This document shows, piece after piece, positions 24,769 to 34,302 of a DNA stretch of 62,212 nucleotides. Numbering within the stretch: position 1 is the stretch's first letter; every line of letters starts with the position of its first letter. Under the pieces are notes generated by a model, which saw only the letters and a program-made list of their open reading frames with translations, ran no database searches and had not been told where the DNA came from. Origin of the DNA: Deltaproteobacteria bacterium (GTDB lineage Bacteria > Desulfobacterota > Desulfarculia > Adiutricales > Adiutricaceae); NCBI GenBank assembly GCA_031269485.1, contig JAISZC010000135.1, positions 1 to 62,212 on the forward strand, written 5' to 3'. A program made the translations under genes and the position numbers.

Positions 24769-25180
24769 GTCGTCTCCTGAAGGCGGTCGCGCTTACGGCC
24801 GGCGCTGGAGTTTTCCAGTCTTTTCGGCTTAATGGCCGACGAAGGGATTATCATACTACATTCGGGGCCGAAAATGCAAGGGCCGCCAAGCCTTGCCGGC
24901 GAGCTGCCTTATCGAGCGGAAGAGGCCGTCAATCTTCTCTGTTTCAGCCAGGGAAAGGCGCGCGGCCGTGTCCTTGGGTTCCCGGCCGGGCTGCGCTCCC
25001 CTTTCGCTGGAAAAGCTGGCGGTCGGCTCGCAGCGCGGAAACCTGAGCCAGGAAAAAAAACGGCATGCCAGGCGGCCTCGCCAGGCTGGTCTTCCGGCCC
25101 GACGGGCGCCGAGCGCGTCCGGCCTCGGCGTCGAAAAAAACTTGCCTCCGGTCGGCCGTCCGAGGACGGCGCCGAGGCCG

Positions 25181-26329
25181 TCAATCGTCCTTGAGCGGCG
25201 GCCGCTTGGGCGGCACGGCGGGAAACATGTTGGGAGGGCGATGAGTGCTGGGGTCGGGCGGGAGAAAATGGAGCTTGCGCTTGATCTGGTGACGCTGGTA
25301 GGACAGCATCCAGCGCGAGAGATCTTCGAGGGAGGCCAGAGTCAGGCCTCGGTAGGACCAGACCTTCAGGACGGCGTCCTTGAGGTAGCGCCCCAAAAAG
25401 CGCACCCTCAGCACGTTGTGGGCCTCAGGCCCGGACGGCGAGGACTGGCGGACGAATTCCTGGCTCAAAAGCTGAATGAGCACCACCAGGACCTGGTCGG
25501 CGAGCTCGGCGTCCAGATCGGTCGTGGGCAGCATCATGACGCCGACGAAGCGCTGGGTTTCCCGGAGGGTGACGTTGGGCGGCAGCTTGAGCTGGGCCCC
25601 GCCGATGCTGATGTCCATGACGGCGCCGCAGCTGACCGGCTCCAGGGTCTCCAAGCTGGCGATGTTGCCTTCAGGGACGTTGAACAGCCGGCAATCGAAG
25701 GCGTATTCGTCGGCGGGCTCCAAGCGCATGAAGCTGCGTCTCTGGGCGCTGGTGACGACCTTGGGGATGGGCAGCAGGAACTGGGCCTCGCGCCAGGTGT
25801 TGACCTTGACGTAGCGGGTGTCGGCAATTTTGGTGGAGAACTGGTAATGCTCCAAGGGTTCCTTGGGCGCCGGCCGGAAGTTGACGTGGATGACGCCGGG
25901 CAGATCGTTGAAGACGGCCTCGGCCGAGGGCGCCTCGGTGAGGGTCAGCGCCAGGTAGGCGTCGTCCTCCAGGCTCGACAGGACGCCTCTGAAATTGACC
26001 GTGCGGGCGGCCTCGTAGACGTCGAGAGTGAAATGGGCCTGCCGGGCCACGGCCTTGGTGAGGATTTCCCAAATGCTTTGGCTGTTGGTGATGGAGGACC
26101 AGCCCTGGTTGAGGCGGCTTTTCTTGCGCCGGCGGCTAAGCAGGGCCAAGACCGTCGAAATGGCGGCGATCCCGACCACGACGGCCAGCAGATATTTGAC
26201 TTGATCGAAGGTCAGCGGGGAGTTGACGGCGAAGCCGGCCTGGACTTGGGCGAGATTGTTCGTGGAATTGGCCGCGGCCGCGGTCCAGATCGAGCTCAGG
26301 CCCGGCGGCGCGGGGGGCGGCTCAAACAT
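25181..26329 (-). CDS. Membrane-anchored PilZ-domain protein (YcgR-like architecture)
   Basis: 382 aa. One TM helix (YLLAVVVGIAAISTVLALL). PilZ motifs QRRSFMR (RxxxR) and DISIGGAQL (DxSxxG). Confidence 0.7.
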   Translation of the reverse strand: MFEPPPAPPGLSSIWTAAAANSTNNLAQVQAGFAVNSPLTFDQVKYLLAVVVGIAAISTVLALLSRRRKKSRLNQGWSSITNSQSIWEILTKAVARQAHFTLDVYEAARTVNFRGVLSSLEDDAYLALTLTEAPSAEAVFNDLPGVIHVNFRPAPKEPLEHYQFSTKIADTRYVKVNTWREAQFLLPIPKVVTSAQRRSFMRLEPADEYAFDCRLFNVPEGNIASLETLEPVSCGAVMDISIGGAQLKLPPNVTLRETQRFVGVMMLPTTDLDAELADQVLVVLIQLLSQEFVRQSSPSGPEAHNVLRVRFLGRYLKDAVLKVWSYRGLTLASLEDLSRWMLSYQRHQIKRKLHFLPPDPSTHRPPNMFPAVPPKRPPLKDD

Positions 26330-26705
26330 CTAGCTGGCCGTCTGGCAGAGCGAAGAGGTTGATCAAAAGGTCGATCAACGACTTGGCCTCTTCGTTGAGG
26401 TTCAAGAACATCATGCCGGTTTCTATGAAGGGACGAGTCAGGCTCGGCCTGGTCCAGACGGCCTTGGCCCTGACGCCGATGTCGGGCAGGCTGCGCTTTT
26501 GCAGCGCCTTGGGCAACTCGACGCTCAGCAGCATCTCCTTGCCCACGGGCACGCCCTTGGCGCCGATGAGCTGGAGCCCCGCGGCGTTGACGTCGATGAG
26601 CCGGCCGACTTCTTGGTTGTTGAGAAGTTCGGAAACCTTGAGATAATAAATCAGCTCTTTGCGGGCCAGCTGTCTTTTTTCGGAAAGCAGGACGCTCGAT
26701 GCCAT
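26322..26705 (-). CDS. Small stand-alone PilZ-like protein
   Basis: 127 aa from ATG 26705 (GGGAGCG SD). EKRQLARKE plus DVNAAGLQL are degenerate RxxxR / D/NxSxxG motifs. Its 3' end overlaps the downstream PilZ gene by 8 nt. Confidence 0.55.
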   Translation of the reverse strand: MASSVLLSEKRQLARKELIYYLKVSELLNNQEVGRLIDVNAAGLQLIGAKGVPVGKEMLLSVELPKALQKRSLPDIGVRAKAVWTRPSLTRPFIETGMMFLNLNEEAKSLIDLLINLFALPDGQLDV

Positions 26706-27003
26706 GAACGCTCCCAGGGCGCCTGCCGAGCGTTCGACGAGAGCGCCGGCTCGTGACGGCGGCGCCTGGTCGCCCGGTTCGGCGGCAAGACAAGGTCGAA
26801 ACGGCGACGGCGGGCGTCGACAGCCGGCCGGCAGGCGCCGAAGCCCCCTTCGGGGCCGGCCCCGTCCGGGTCCGTCTTCGGCCACGCGTCGGCGGGACGG
26901 CGAGCGGGCGGGCCAAGGGCCAAAGGCGCCTTCTTGGCTGGGCGATTGCAATGATTATACTGGGGCCTTGAAAAAAATCAACGCATATCGGCAAGCTGCT
27001 CGC

Positions 27004-27996
27004 TCAGGCTCGGCCGGGGCGGCCGCCCTCCGTGGAGTTGACGATGATCAGCTCCGGCTTTTTGATGAACACTTTGGTGTCCGAAGGAATGCTCTCGGTC
27101 AGCCAGACGTTGCCGCCCACCACCGAGCGGGCCCCGATGACCGTCTCGCCGCCCAAGATGGTGGCCCCGGCGTAGACAATCACGTCGTCCTCGATGGTCG
27201 GATGACGCTTGCGGCCCCGGAGGGCCTCGACTTCCGCCCTCGACAGCGACAGGGCCCCCAGCGTCACGCCTTGATAAAGGCGCACGCGGCGGCCGATGAC
27301 GGTGGTCTCGCCCACCACCACCCCCGTGCCGTGATCGATGAAAAAGCTCGAGCCGATGGAGGCGCCGGGATGGATGTCGATGCCGGTTTGGCTGTGGGCG
27401 TGCTCGGTCATGATTCGAGGCAGGAAGGGCACGTCCAGGCCCCACAGCTCGTGGGCCAGGCGATGGACCAGCGTCGCGTACACGCCCGGATAGCACAAGA
27501 TGATTTGGTCGAGATGGTTGTCTGCGGCCGGATCGCCTTCCTTGGCCGCCAGAACGTCGGAGGCCGTGAGCTCCCTGAGCTTGGGCAGCTCCTTGATCAG
27601 GGCCATGGCGGCGGCGCGGGCCTGCTGGTGGCAGTCGGTGCAGCTGCGGTTGTAACGGATGTGGTCGTGGCGGATGGCGGCGCAGATTTCCTTGGTCAGC
27701 ACGCAAAAAAGCCGGTTGACCAGCTGGCCGATGGAAAATTTGACCGTCAAATCGGTGGAAGGTTGCAAGGGCTCGAAAAAGCCGGGAAAGACGAGCTGGC
27801 GGGTCAGCTTGATGATTTCGTCGACGGCGGCGAAGGAAGGCCGCGGGACGGACGTGACGTATTCGAAGGCCCGGTAGTCGGACCTCATGCCGGCGAGCCG
27901 TTCGGAGGTCTCTTCGAGGACCGGCGCGTCCTCGGTCAGATAATTGAGCTCGGCGAGGACGTATTCGCAAGATTTGTCGTTTGACGCGGCGGCCAT
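27004..27996 (-). CDS. cysE: Serine O-acetyltransferase (long form)
   Basis: 330 aa. Hexapeptide-repeat region IHPGASIGSSFFIDHGTGVVVGETTVIGRRVRLYQGVTLG...HPTIEDDVIVYAGATILGG, plus a SATase N-terminal helical domain. Confidence 0.88.
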   Translation of the reverse strand: MAAASNDKSCEYVLAELNYLTEDAPVLEETSERLAGMRSDYRAFEYVTSVPRPSFAAVDEIIKLTRQLVFPGFFEPLQPSTDLTVKFSIGQLVNRLFCVLTKEICAAIRHDHIRYNRSCTDCHQQARAAAMALIKELPKLRELTASDVLAAKEGDPAADNHLDQIILCYPGVYATLVHRLAHELWGLDVPFLPRIMTEHAHSQTGIDIHPGASIGSSFFIDHGTGVVVGETTVIGRRVRLYQGVTLGALSLSRAEVEALRGRKRHPTIEDDVIVYAGATILGGETVIGARSVVGGNVWLTESIPSDTKVFIKKPELIIVNSTEGGRPGRA

Positions 27997-28467
27997 GTTG
28001 CCTCTGTTTTTTTGAAACTCAAGCGATAAAAATGGCGTTTCGGCGCAGGGGACATGAGCGGGGCATGAGGGGGAGAAAGAGAGGGGTGCGGGGCTTTCTC
28101 TACCTCCTGAACCGCGCGGAACGAACTCCGCGGCGACATCGCGCTGACAAGCTCATGATCGCGTCTCCCTTCGACGACGTAAGGCGATTGGCCGACGCCT
28201 GCCGTTTTTCGGCTGGGGCGGTGGCGGGTTGCGCGTCAACAAATGCAAGGCCACGGGGCAAAAAAGCCAGCCGACCTGGGCGCGTCCAGGGACCTGCCGG
28301 CACGTTTATTCTAGCTTAGCCGAACGGCAAAGTCCAGTTTGGAAAAAGGCTGCGTCAAAAAATTGCGGCATAAAAAATTGGCGCCGAAAGGCGCGGGCTT
28401 CCAGGCGTCCCGGCCTGAGACGCCGCTGAGGAGGCCTGGCCGAAAGGCCGGCCAGAGCCTGGCCGGC

Positions 28468-30195
28468 TCAGGCCGGCTCTTTCGTCGGGCTGGCCGGCGG
28501 CTCGTCGGTCTCGGGGTCCTTAAAGTCGGCCGGTCCGGCCAGACGGGCCTGGGCGACGTGACGTACGCGGTCGTCGGGCGGAACGTGAAAAAAGTTCAGC
28601 ACCGAGTCGAAGACCTCCAAGGCGGCCTCGAACTCCTCGGCCACCACCGCGTCGGCCCCCAAGCGGCGCAGCTGATCGGCGGAGAGCAGAAAACGGGTTC
28701 TGGCCAGCACGAAAAGAGAGGGGTTCATGGACTTGGCCTGGACGATGATGCGTCTGGTGGCCAAGGGATCGGGTATGCTGACCGCCAGCAGGGCGGCCCG
28801 GGAGACGCCGACGTGATCCAGCACATGCTCGTTGGCGGCGTCGCCGAAGATGATGGGCTCGCCCATGGCCCGGAAGGACTGGACGCTTTTGGGGTTCATG
28901 TCGATGACGGCGTACTTGCGGCCCGTCAGCCGGCAGGCCCTGGCCACGCCTTGGCCGGCGACCCCGAAGCCGACCACCACGGCGTGGCCGGAGGCCTCCA
29001 CCGGGGGCACGTCGGCGGCGGGCTTTTCCATGTCGGCCAGCTTGGGGGCGACGAAGCGCCCCAAGGCCAAGGCCAGGGGGGTCATGGCCATGGTCAGCAC
29101 GGCCATGTTCAGGAAAATCGTCAGCTCCGAGGTCGTCAGCAAGCCGAGATCTCCGCCGGTCTTGGCCAGCACGAAGGCGAACTCGCCCACTTGGCACAGC
29201 GAAAAGCCGATGAGCGCGGCCACGCGGTTGGTCAGCCCGATGGCCTTCATGGCCAGGGCGCAGCCCGCCAAATTGAGGATCATCACGCCCACGGCCAGGC
29301 CGATGGTCAGGGTCGGCGCCTCGACGAGCGATCTCACGTCCATGCGCAGGCCGATGGAGACGAAAAAGAGGCTGGTGAAGATGTCGCGCATCGGCATCAC
29401 CGAGCCGATGGCCTGGTAGGCGTAAGGGGAGCCGGCGATGACCAGGCCGGCCATGAAGGCCCCCAAAGCCAAGGACAGTCCGGCCTCGGCCGTCAGGAAG
29501 GCCGTGCCCAGGCACACGAGCGCCACGGTGAACATGAAAAGTTCGTTGGACTTGGTGGCGGCCACGCGTTTCATCAGCAGGGGCACGACCCACATGGCCA
29601 GCACGACGACCACGGCCAAGATGATCAGCACCTTGAGGGCCACCACGTAGAGGGGGTCGCCGCCCTGCTGGCCGGCCAGCATGGGGAGGATCAGCACCAG
29701 AGGCACCACGGCCAGGTCCTGGAAGATGAGGATCGCGAAGGCGCCTTGGCCATGGGTGGCGTCCATCTCGCCCCTTTCTTGCAGGAGCTTGAGGACTATG
29801 GCCGTCGACGACAGGGCGAACAGCATGCCCCACACAAGCGACTTGTTCCAGGGGAAGCCGAAAATCATGGCCAGCGGAAAGATCAAGGCGATGCAAAAAA
29901 GCATCTGCAAGCTGCCGCCCAACAAAACCAGCCGTTTTATCTTGACCAAGCTTTGGATGGAAAATTCCAGGCCGATGGTGAACAGCAAAAGCACCACGCC
30001 CAGCTCGGAGAGGACCTCGATCTGCTCGGCGTCGTGGATCAAGCTCAAGCCGTTTGGGCCGACCAGGATGCCGGTGGCCAAAAAGCCCACGATGGCCGGC
30101 ATTTTGAGCTTGAGCCCGAAGTAGATCAGGAGGATGGACAGGGCCAGCAGGGCGATGATTTTGCCGATGAGGAATTCCGCGGACAGTTCGGCCAT
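28468..30195 (-). CDS. CPA2-family cation:proton antiporter with a C-terminal RCK/TrkA-N domain (KefB/C-like)
   Basis: 575 aa from ATG 30195. MAELSAEFLIGKII..., multiple TM helices, and C-terminal HAVVVGFGVAGQGVA (Rossmann GxGxxG). The upstream 260 codons of the track ORF overlap the next gene and were discarded. Confidence 0.85.
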   Translation of the reverse strand: MAELSAEFLIGKIIALLALSILLIYFGLKLKMPAIVGFLATGILVGPNGLSLIHDAEQIEVLSELGVVLLLFTIGLEFSIQSLVKIKRLVLLGGSLQMLFCIALIFPLAMIFGFPWNKSLVWGMLFALSSTAIVLKLLQERGEMDATHGQGAFAILIFQDLAVVPLVLILPMLAGQQGGDPLYVVALKVLIILAVVVVLAMWVVPLLMKRVAATKSNELFMFTVALVCLGTAFLTAEAGLSLALGAFMAGLVIAGSPYAYQAIGSVMPMRDIFTSLFFVSIGLRMDVRSLVEAPTLTIGLAVGVMILNLAGCALAMKAIGLTNRVAALIGFSLCQVGEFAFVLAKTGGDLGLLTTSELTIFLNMAVLTMAMTPLALALGRFVAPKLADMEKPAADVPPVEASGHAVVVGFGVAGQGVARACRLTGRKYAVIDMNPKSVQSFRAMGEPIIFGDAANEHVLDHVGVSRAALLAVSIPDPLATRRIIVQAKSMNPSLFVLARTRFLLSADQLRRLGADAVVAEEFEAALEVFDSVLNFFHVPPDDRVRHVAQARLAGPADFKDPETDEPPASPTKEPA

Positions 30196-30296
30196 AATTA
30201 GCCTTTCGTGCGAGTTCCGGAGCGGTTGACCAAGGCGGCCTCCGAAAGCCAGCTTTGAGGCGCAGGAGGCTTCAGGCCGATCGGCTGAGATTTGGC

Positions 30297-30887
30297 TTAG
30301 GTCCGGTCCTGTTGAGGTTCGTTTTTCTTTAGGCTCAGCCCGATGGAAAAGGCCCGACCCAGGGCCTGGCCCAGCTGGTGGTAGGCGCCGCTGGCGAAAA
30401 TCAAAGGATCGATCGCCACGGGATCTGGTTCGGCGGAGAGGCTGATGGTCCGCGTGTCGGCTTTGACGTCTACGATTTGACCGACGAACATCGTATGGGC
30501 GCCCAGATCGACCTGGCTGCGCAGGGCGCATTCCAGCGTCACAGGGCACTCGGCGACGTAGGGCGCCTCGACGAGATCGCTTCTGACGGCCGTCAGTCCG
30601 GCGATTTTGAACTTGTCGAAGTCGCGGCCCGAGACCAGGCCGACGTAGTCGACCGCGACGGCCAGCGCCGAGCTGGGGCAATTGACGGAAAAAGCCTTGT
30701 TTTTCAGGATGGCCCCATGTGTCCACCGCGAAGGCCGCACCGAAACGCTCACGCAGGGCGGGTCGGAGGACGCGATCCCGCCCCAGGCGGCGGTCATGAC
30801 GTTGGGTCGGCCGTTTTCGTCGTAGGTGGCCACCAGAAAGGCTGGCATGGGAAAAACGATGGGTTTCGGTCCCAGCGAAGTTTTCAT
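30297..30887 (-). CDS. Flavin reductase-like FMN-binding protein (flavoredoxin family)
   Basis: 196 aa. The pattern PMPAFLVATYDENGRPNVMTAAWGGIASSDPPCVSVSVRPSRWTH is typical of the split-barrel flavin reductase family. Confidence 0.75.
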   Translation of the reverse strand: MKTSLGPKPIVFPMPAFLVATYDENGRPNVMTAAWGGIASSDPPCVSVSVRPSRWTHGAILKNKAFSVNCPSSALAVAVDYVGLVSGRDFDKFKIAGLTAVRSDLVEAPYVAECPVTLECALRSQVDLGAHTMFVGQIVDVKADTRTISLSAEPDPVAIDPLIFASGAYHQLGQALGRAFSIGLSLKKNEPQQDRT

Positions 30888-31118
30888 GACTGGCTCCCTG
30901 AGCGCCGCCGCCGGCCAGGTTTGAGGCGGTGGAGCAATTTGGCGTCCGACGCGGCGTCCAGGCCAAATTATAACGCAAACGAGGCCGCGGCTAAAGGGGG
31001 GAGAAAGTCCCGCGCCGGACAGGCGCCATCGTCCGACCGGAACGCGGCGAAGCCGCCGACAACCGGCGCCTCAGGCGGGCGGGCCGCGGAACGGCCCCGC
31101 GTCTCGTTTCGCCGGGGC

Positions 31119-31148
31119 TTGCATTTTTTTTGGTGCGGGATATATAAT
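31119..31148 (+). promoter_or_regulatory. Candidate sigma70 promoter (TTGCAT-N18-TATAAT)
   Basis: -35 at 31119-31124. TATATAAT at 31141-31148. It lies upstream of the flavodoxin-like CDS. Confidence 0.45.
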
Positions 31149-31321
31149 GCGAATGCGACTAAATCGCAATAAGGCCCGAAGGTCCCGAAGGCCCCAAAAG
31201 GCCTGCAGCAGCAAGGCGGCGCCCTCATTTAAAACGCCGCCCGGTCAGCGACGTCGATCAACTCGGTAAACTCGATTGACGCGAGCCGGCGGACGAAGGG
31301 CGACGACCATGGGAGGCGAAG

Positions 31322-31798
31322 ATGCAAGCGTTGGTTGTGTATTCCGGCCACGACGCCCGGAAGCTGGCCGAGGCGGTGGCTGGCGTGCTGCCTGAAGGCT
31401 CGGCCCTCAAGCCGGCGGCCGAGGCCCCCGATCCCCGCGGCTACGATTTGGTCATGATAGGCTTTCATGCCGACGACGGCCGGGCCGACGCCGCCGCCGC
31501 GGCTTTTTTCGAAAAACTCAACGACTGCCGGACGGCCTTCTTTTTCGTCATGAGCGACCGCCCCAACTCGGCCCTGGCCCGCGGCGTGGCCGACGAGACC
31601 AAGCGGCTGCTGGAAAGCCGCGGCAACGTCGTGGTTGGGCATTTCAGCTGCCGGGAGAGCGATTCCGAGGCCGCCGGCGGCTCCTCGAGCGTCTTTCAGT
31701 TCGACGACGACCGCCTTCTGGTCCGGGCCTTCGCCTACGACGTCCTCAACCAGGTGTCGAGCCGGTCGAGCCTGGCCGGCGGCCGCGCCTTGCGCTAG
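31322..31798 (+). CDS. Flavodoxin-like domain protein
   Basis: 158 aa. GGGAGG SD. The MQALVVYSG...YDLVMIGF...FFFV alternating beta-strand pattern resembles short flavodoxin-fold proteins. This is a weak call. The stop codon is TAG. Confidence 0.45.
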   Translation: MQALVVYSGHDARKLAEAVAGVLPEGSALKPAAEAPDPRGYDLVMIGFHADDGRADAAAAAFFEKLNDCRTAFFFVMSDRPNSALARGVADETKRLLESRGNVVVGHFSCRESDSEAAGGSSSVFQFDDDRLLVRAFAYDVLNQVSSRSSLAGGRALR

Positions 31799-32280
31799 CC
31801 GGCGATCGGTCTCTCGACGAGCTCGGCCTTGGCCCGACCTTCGGCGGACCGGCGCTTCGCAGGCCAAGAGGTCAAGCCCTCCGGCGGCCGAGTCCAGGTC
31901 CGGCTGGCCGGCGTTTGGCGAACAGCCCGTCAGCTGGCGGCCGTCGTCGCCGGCCAAGGCCTTCGGCTCAGTGGGCGCTTGAGGCGGTTCAAGCCAAAGC
32001 CCCAAACCCGAAGTCAGCCCAGCCGCCAAGCCAGCCAATCCGCCCGAGCCACGTCTGACACTGGCTGGCTGCCCAAGTCAATTAACCAAGCCAAGTCGAG
32101 CCAAGGCCGGCCTGGTCGCTAGGCCGAACCAAGGCCGGCCCAGGCGGGCGCCGTGGCTTCTCCGAGCTGGCCCATTCGCCCGCCGAGGCGCGGTCCGGAC
32201 AAGGGCGGACTTGCCGACTAGCTTGCCGGCGACCTTGGCCCTTGGATTGACGAGCCTGCGTTTTTTGGCGGTCCCGGTCC

Positions 32281-33579
32281 TCAATGGGCCGCCTGGGCGA
32301 ACTTGGAAATGAAGTTGGCGGCGAAGATGGCGCCCACCACCCAGACCGTGACGGTGATTTGCCGTCTTTGGCCCGAGAGGACCTTCATGAGGAGGTGCAG
32401 CAGCCAGCCCAGCGTCAAGCCGTCAGATATGCGCCAGGTGAAGGTGATGACGATCGCGGTCGCGAAGGCCGGAAAGCACTCCGACCAGTCGTCGAAGCTC
32501 ACCTGGAGGATGGAGCGGATCATCAGCAGGCCAACCAGAACCAGGGCCGGCGCCACGGCGCTGAACGGAATGACCATGAACAACGGCGAGACGAACAGCG
32601 CCAAGCCGAAGAAGAAGGCCACCGTCAGGGCCGTCAGGCCCGTGCGGCCGCCTGCGGCCACGCCAGCTCCGCTTTCGGCGTAGGTGGTGTTGGGCGAAAG
32701 GCCTAAACAACTGCCGACGACCACGCCCACCGAGTCGGCAATGAAGGCTCGGCCCATGCGCGGTCGATAGCGGTCGCCTTCCTGGCCCATGACTCCGAAC
32801 AGCCCCAGAAAGCCGGCCAGGCCGTCGATGATTTCCATGAAGGCGAAAGTCAAGATGAGGGCCCAAAAATCCAGCGAAACGAGCGGCGAGAAGTCGAACT
32901 TGAAGGCGATGGAGCTTAGGCTGGGCGGCAGGCTCACCAGGCCGGCCGACAGCCCGGAGGCGTCGGTGACGCCCAGGCGCAGGCCGATGAGGGTGGTGAC
33001 GACGATGCCTGCCAGGATGGCGTAGCGGAAGCGCGCGGCCAGCAGGGCGCCCATGACCAGAAGGCCGATGCAGGCCAGCAGGGGAGGACCGCTTGACAGG
33101 TTCCCCAAAGAAGGCTGGCCGTGGTTGAAGACCACGATTTGGCTGTGGAGCAGGCCGATGTAGGCGATCATCAGTCCGACGCCGGCGCAGACCCCGTGCT
33201 GGAGGCTTTTGGGCACTTCCTTGAGGACCTTCGCCCGCGCCGGCGACAGCGAGAGAGCCACGAAAACGAGTCCCGAGAAGAGCACCGCCGTGAGGGCCTG
33301 AGGCCACGAGTAGCCCATTTGGACGACCACGGCCACGAAAAAGGCGTTGAGCCCCATCCCCGGGGCCACGGCGAAGGGCAGATTAGCCCCGAAGGCCATG
33401 ATCAGGGTGGCCACGATGACGCCCAAGGCCGTGGCCGTGAACAAGGCCTCGATGGGCAGGCCGGCTTCCGCGACGATGTGCGGGTTGGCGGCCAGCACGT
33501 AGACCATTGAAAAGAAGGTGCTCGCTCCGGCGGCGATCTCGACGGAAGGCTTGAGGCCGTTTTGCTTCAATTGGAACAT
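32281..33579 (-). CDS. NCS2-family nucleobase permease (AzgA / adenine-guanine-hypoxanthine type)
   Basis: 432 aa. EIAAGASTFFSMVYVLAANP and about 12 hydrophobic segments are typical of the AzgA-like NCS2 clade. Confidence 0.85.
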   Translation of the reverse strand: MFQLKQNGLKPSVEIAAGASTFFSMVYVLAANPHIVAEAGLPIEALFTATALGVIVATLIMAFGANLPFAVAPGMGLNAFFVAVVVQMGYSWPQALTAVLFSGLVFVALSLSPARAKVLKEVPKSLQHGVCAGVGLMIAYIGLLHSQIVVFNHGQPSLGNLSSGPPLLACIGLLVMGALLAARFRYAILAGIVVTTLIGLRLGVTDASGLSAGLVSLPPSLSSIAFKFDFSPLVSLDFWALILTFAFMEIIDGLAGFLGLFGVMGQEGDRYRPRMGRAFIADSVGVVVGSCLGLSPNTTYAESGAGVAAGGRTGLTALTVAFFFGLALFVSPLFMVIPFSAVAPALVLVGLLMIRSILQVSFDDWSECFPAFATAIVITFTWRISDGLTLGWLLHLLMKVLSGQRRQITVTVWVVGAIFAANFISKFAQAAH

Positions 33580-33745
33580 AACCTCTTCCTCGCAGGAGTT
33601 GGAAAGGACCTCCGGCCTCGCGCTCGTCCCAAGGCCGGCGCGGAAACGAAAAGGCCCCTTCCGTGGAAAAAGATCCTCGAAAAGGGGTCTTTGCCTTCGA
33701 CCGCCTAAGGTACGGAAGCCGAGCGGGACGCCGCCGGCGGCTTCG

Positions 33746-33916
33746 GATTCGACCGGTCTTCTGGCTTTCGGATCATTCGGCTCGGCCGAGCCTTCCCAAG
33801 CCCATGGGCTCAGTGGCCGGCGCCGGACAAGCAGTCCGTCGCCCCAGCGGCCGTCCGTCCCCGATTACAGCGGCGGGTCCGCCACGGATTTTCACCGTGT
33901 TCCGAGAGATCGAATC
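33746..33916 (-). promoter_or_regulatory. Cobalamin (B12) riboswitch aptamer
   Basis: The minus strand reads GATTCGA...GGAACACGGTGAAAATCCGTGGCGGACCCGCCGCTGTAATCGGGGA...GCCACTG...GGGAAGGC...AGCCAGAAGACCGGTCGAATC. The conserved core (GGUGAAAAUCC..CGG.CCCGCC.CUGUAA) and a B12 box (AGCCAGAAGACC) are present. The P1 helix GATTCGA/TCGAATC closes the aptamer. Confidence 0.88.
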
Positions 33917-33923
33917 GTCGTCC

Positions 33924-33952
33924 ATTAAACCCCATGGACCGGCGGCTGTCAA
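33924..33952 (-). promoter_or_regulatory. Sigma70 promoter driving the riboswitch (TTGACA-N17-TTTAAT)
   Basis: -35 at 33952-33947 and -10 at 33929-33924. The predicted TSS falls at about 33917, exactly at the 5' end of P1. Confidence 0.65.
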
Positions 33953-34022
33953 CTGGTTCAAGCGGCCCGGGCGTCAGGCGACGGTCTCCAAACGGCGCGG
34001 TTGCAGGGCTTGCGGAAGCCTC

Positions 34023-34052
34023 TTGACAAGGCCGCCCCAGGCGGTGTATATA
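34023..34052 (+). promoter_or_regulatory. Sigma70 promoter for tRNA-Lys (TTGACA-N18-TATATA)
   Basis: -35 at 34023-34028 and -10 at 34047-34052. The tRNA starts 14 nt downstream. Confidence 0.6.
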
Positions 34053-34065
34053 TGCCAACTTGGCT

Positions 34066-34140
34066 GCGCCATTAGCTCAATGGTAGAGCAAATGACTCTT
34101 AATCATTAGGCTGAAGGTTCGAGTCCTTCATGGCGCACCA
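34066..34140 (+). tRNA. tRNA-Lys, anticodon CUU, with encoded CCA
   Basis: Hand-folded cloverleaf. Acceptor GCGCCAT/ATGGCGC. D arm GCTC-aatggta-GAGC. Anticodon arm AATGA-ctCTTaa-TCATT. T arm GAAGG-ttcgagt-CCTTC. Discriminator A plus CCA. Confidence 0.9.
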
Positions 34141-34302
34141 GGCCCATTTTGCTTCCTTTTTGACGACTCCAACAAACCCGCGCCCCGCGTGGGTTTCGTC
34201 ATTTAGGGCTGCCTTTGATGGCGCGCCTGCAACCGGTAAATTTGGGGACGCAAGCGGGGGCGCGCGTAGAACCCGAGGCCAGCTCCCTTCAATCGGAAGC
34301 CA

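Noticed and set aside
28339-30201. 620-aa His/Gly/Asp/Gln-rich plus-strand ORF
   Set aside because: It is exactly antisense to the well-supported CPA2 antiporter. The composition is an artefact of reading a membrane-protein gene backwards, and there is no SD.
33600-34020. Possible tmRNA (GGATTCGAC-like string on the plus strand), RNase P RNA or SRP RNA in the gene-free stretch before tRNA-Lys
   Set aside because: No acceptor/T-arm pairing for a tmRNA was found, nor any GGAAAGUCCGG or ACAGAA.CCGGCUUA cores. Read on the minus strand, the region resolves cleanly as a cobalamin riboswitch, and the GATTCGA string is its P1 helix.
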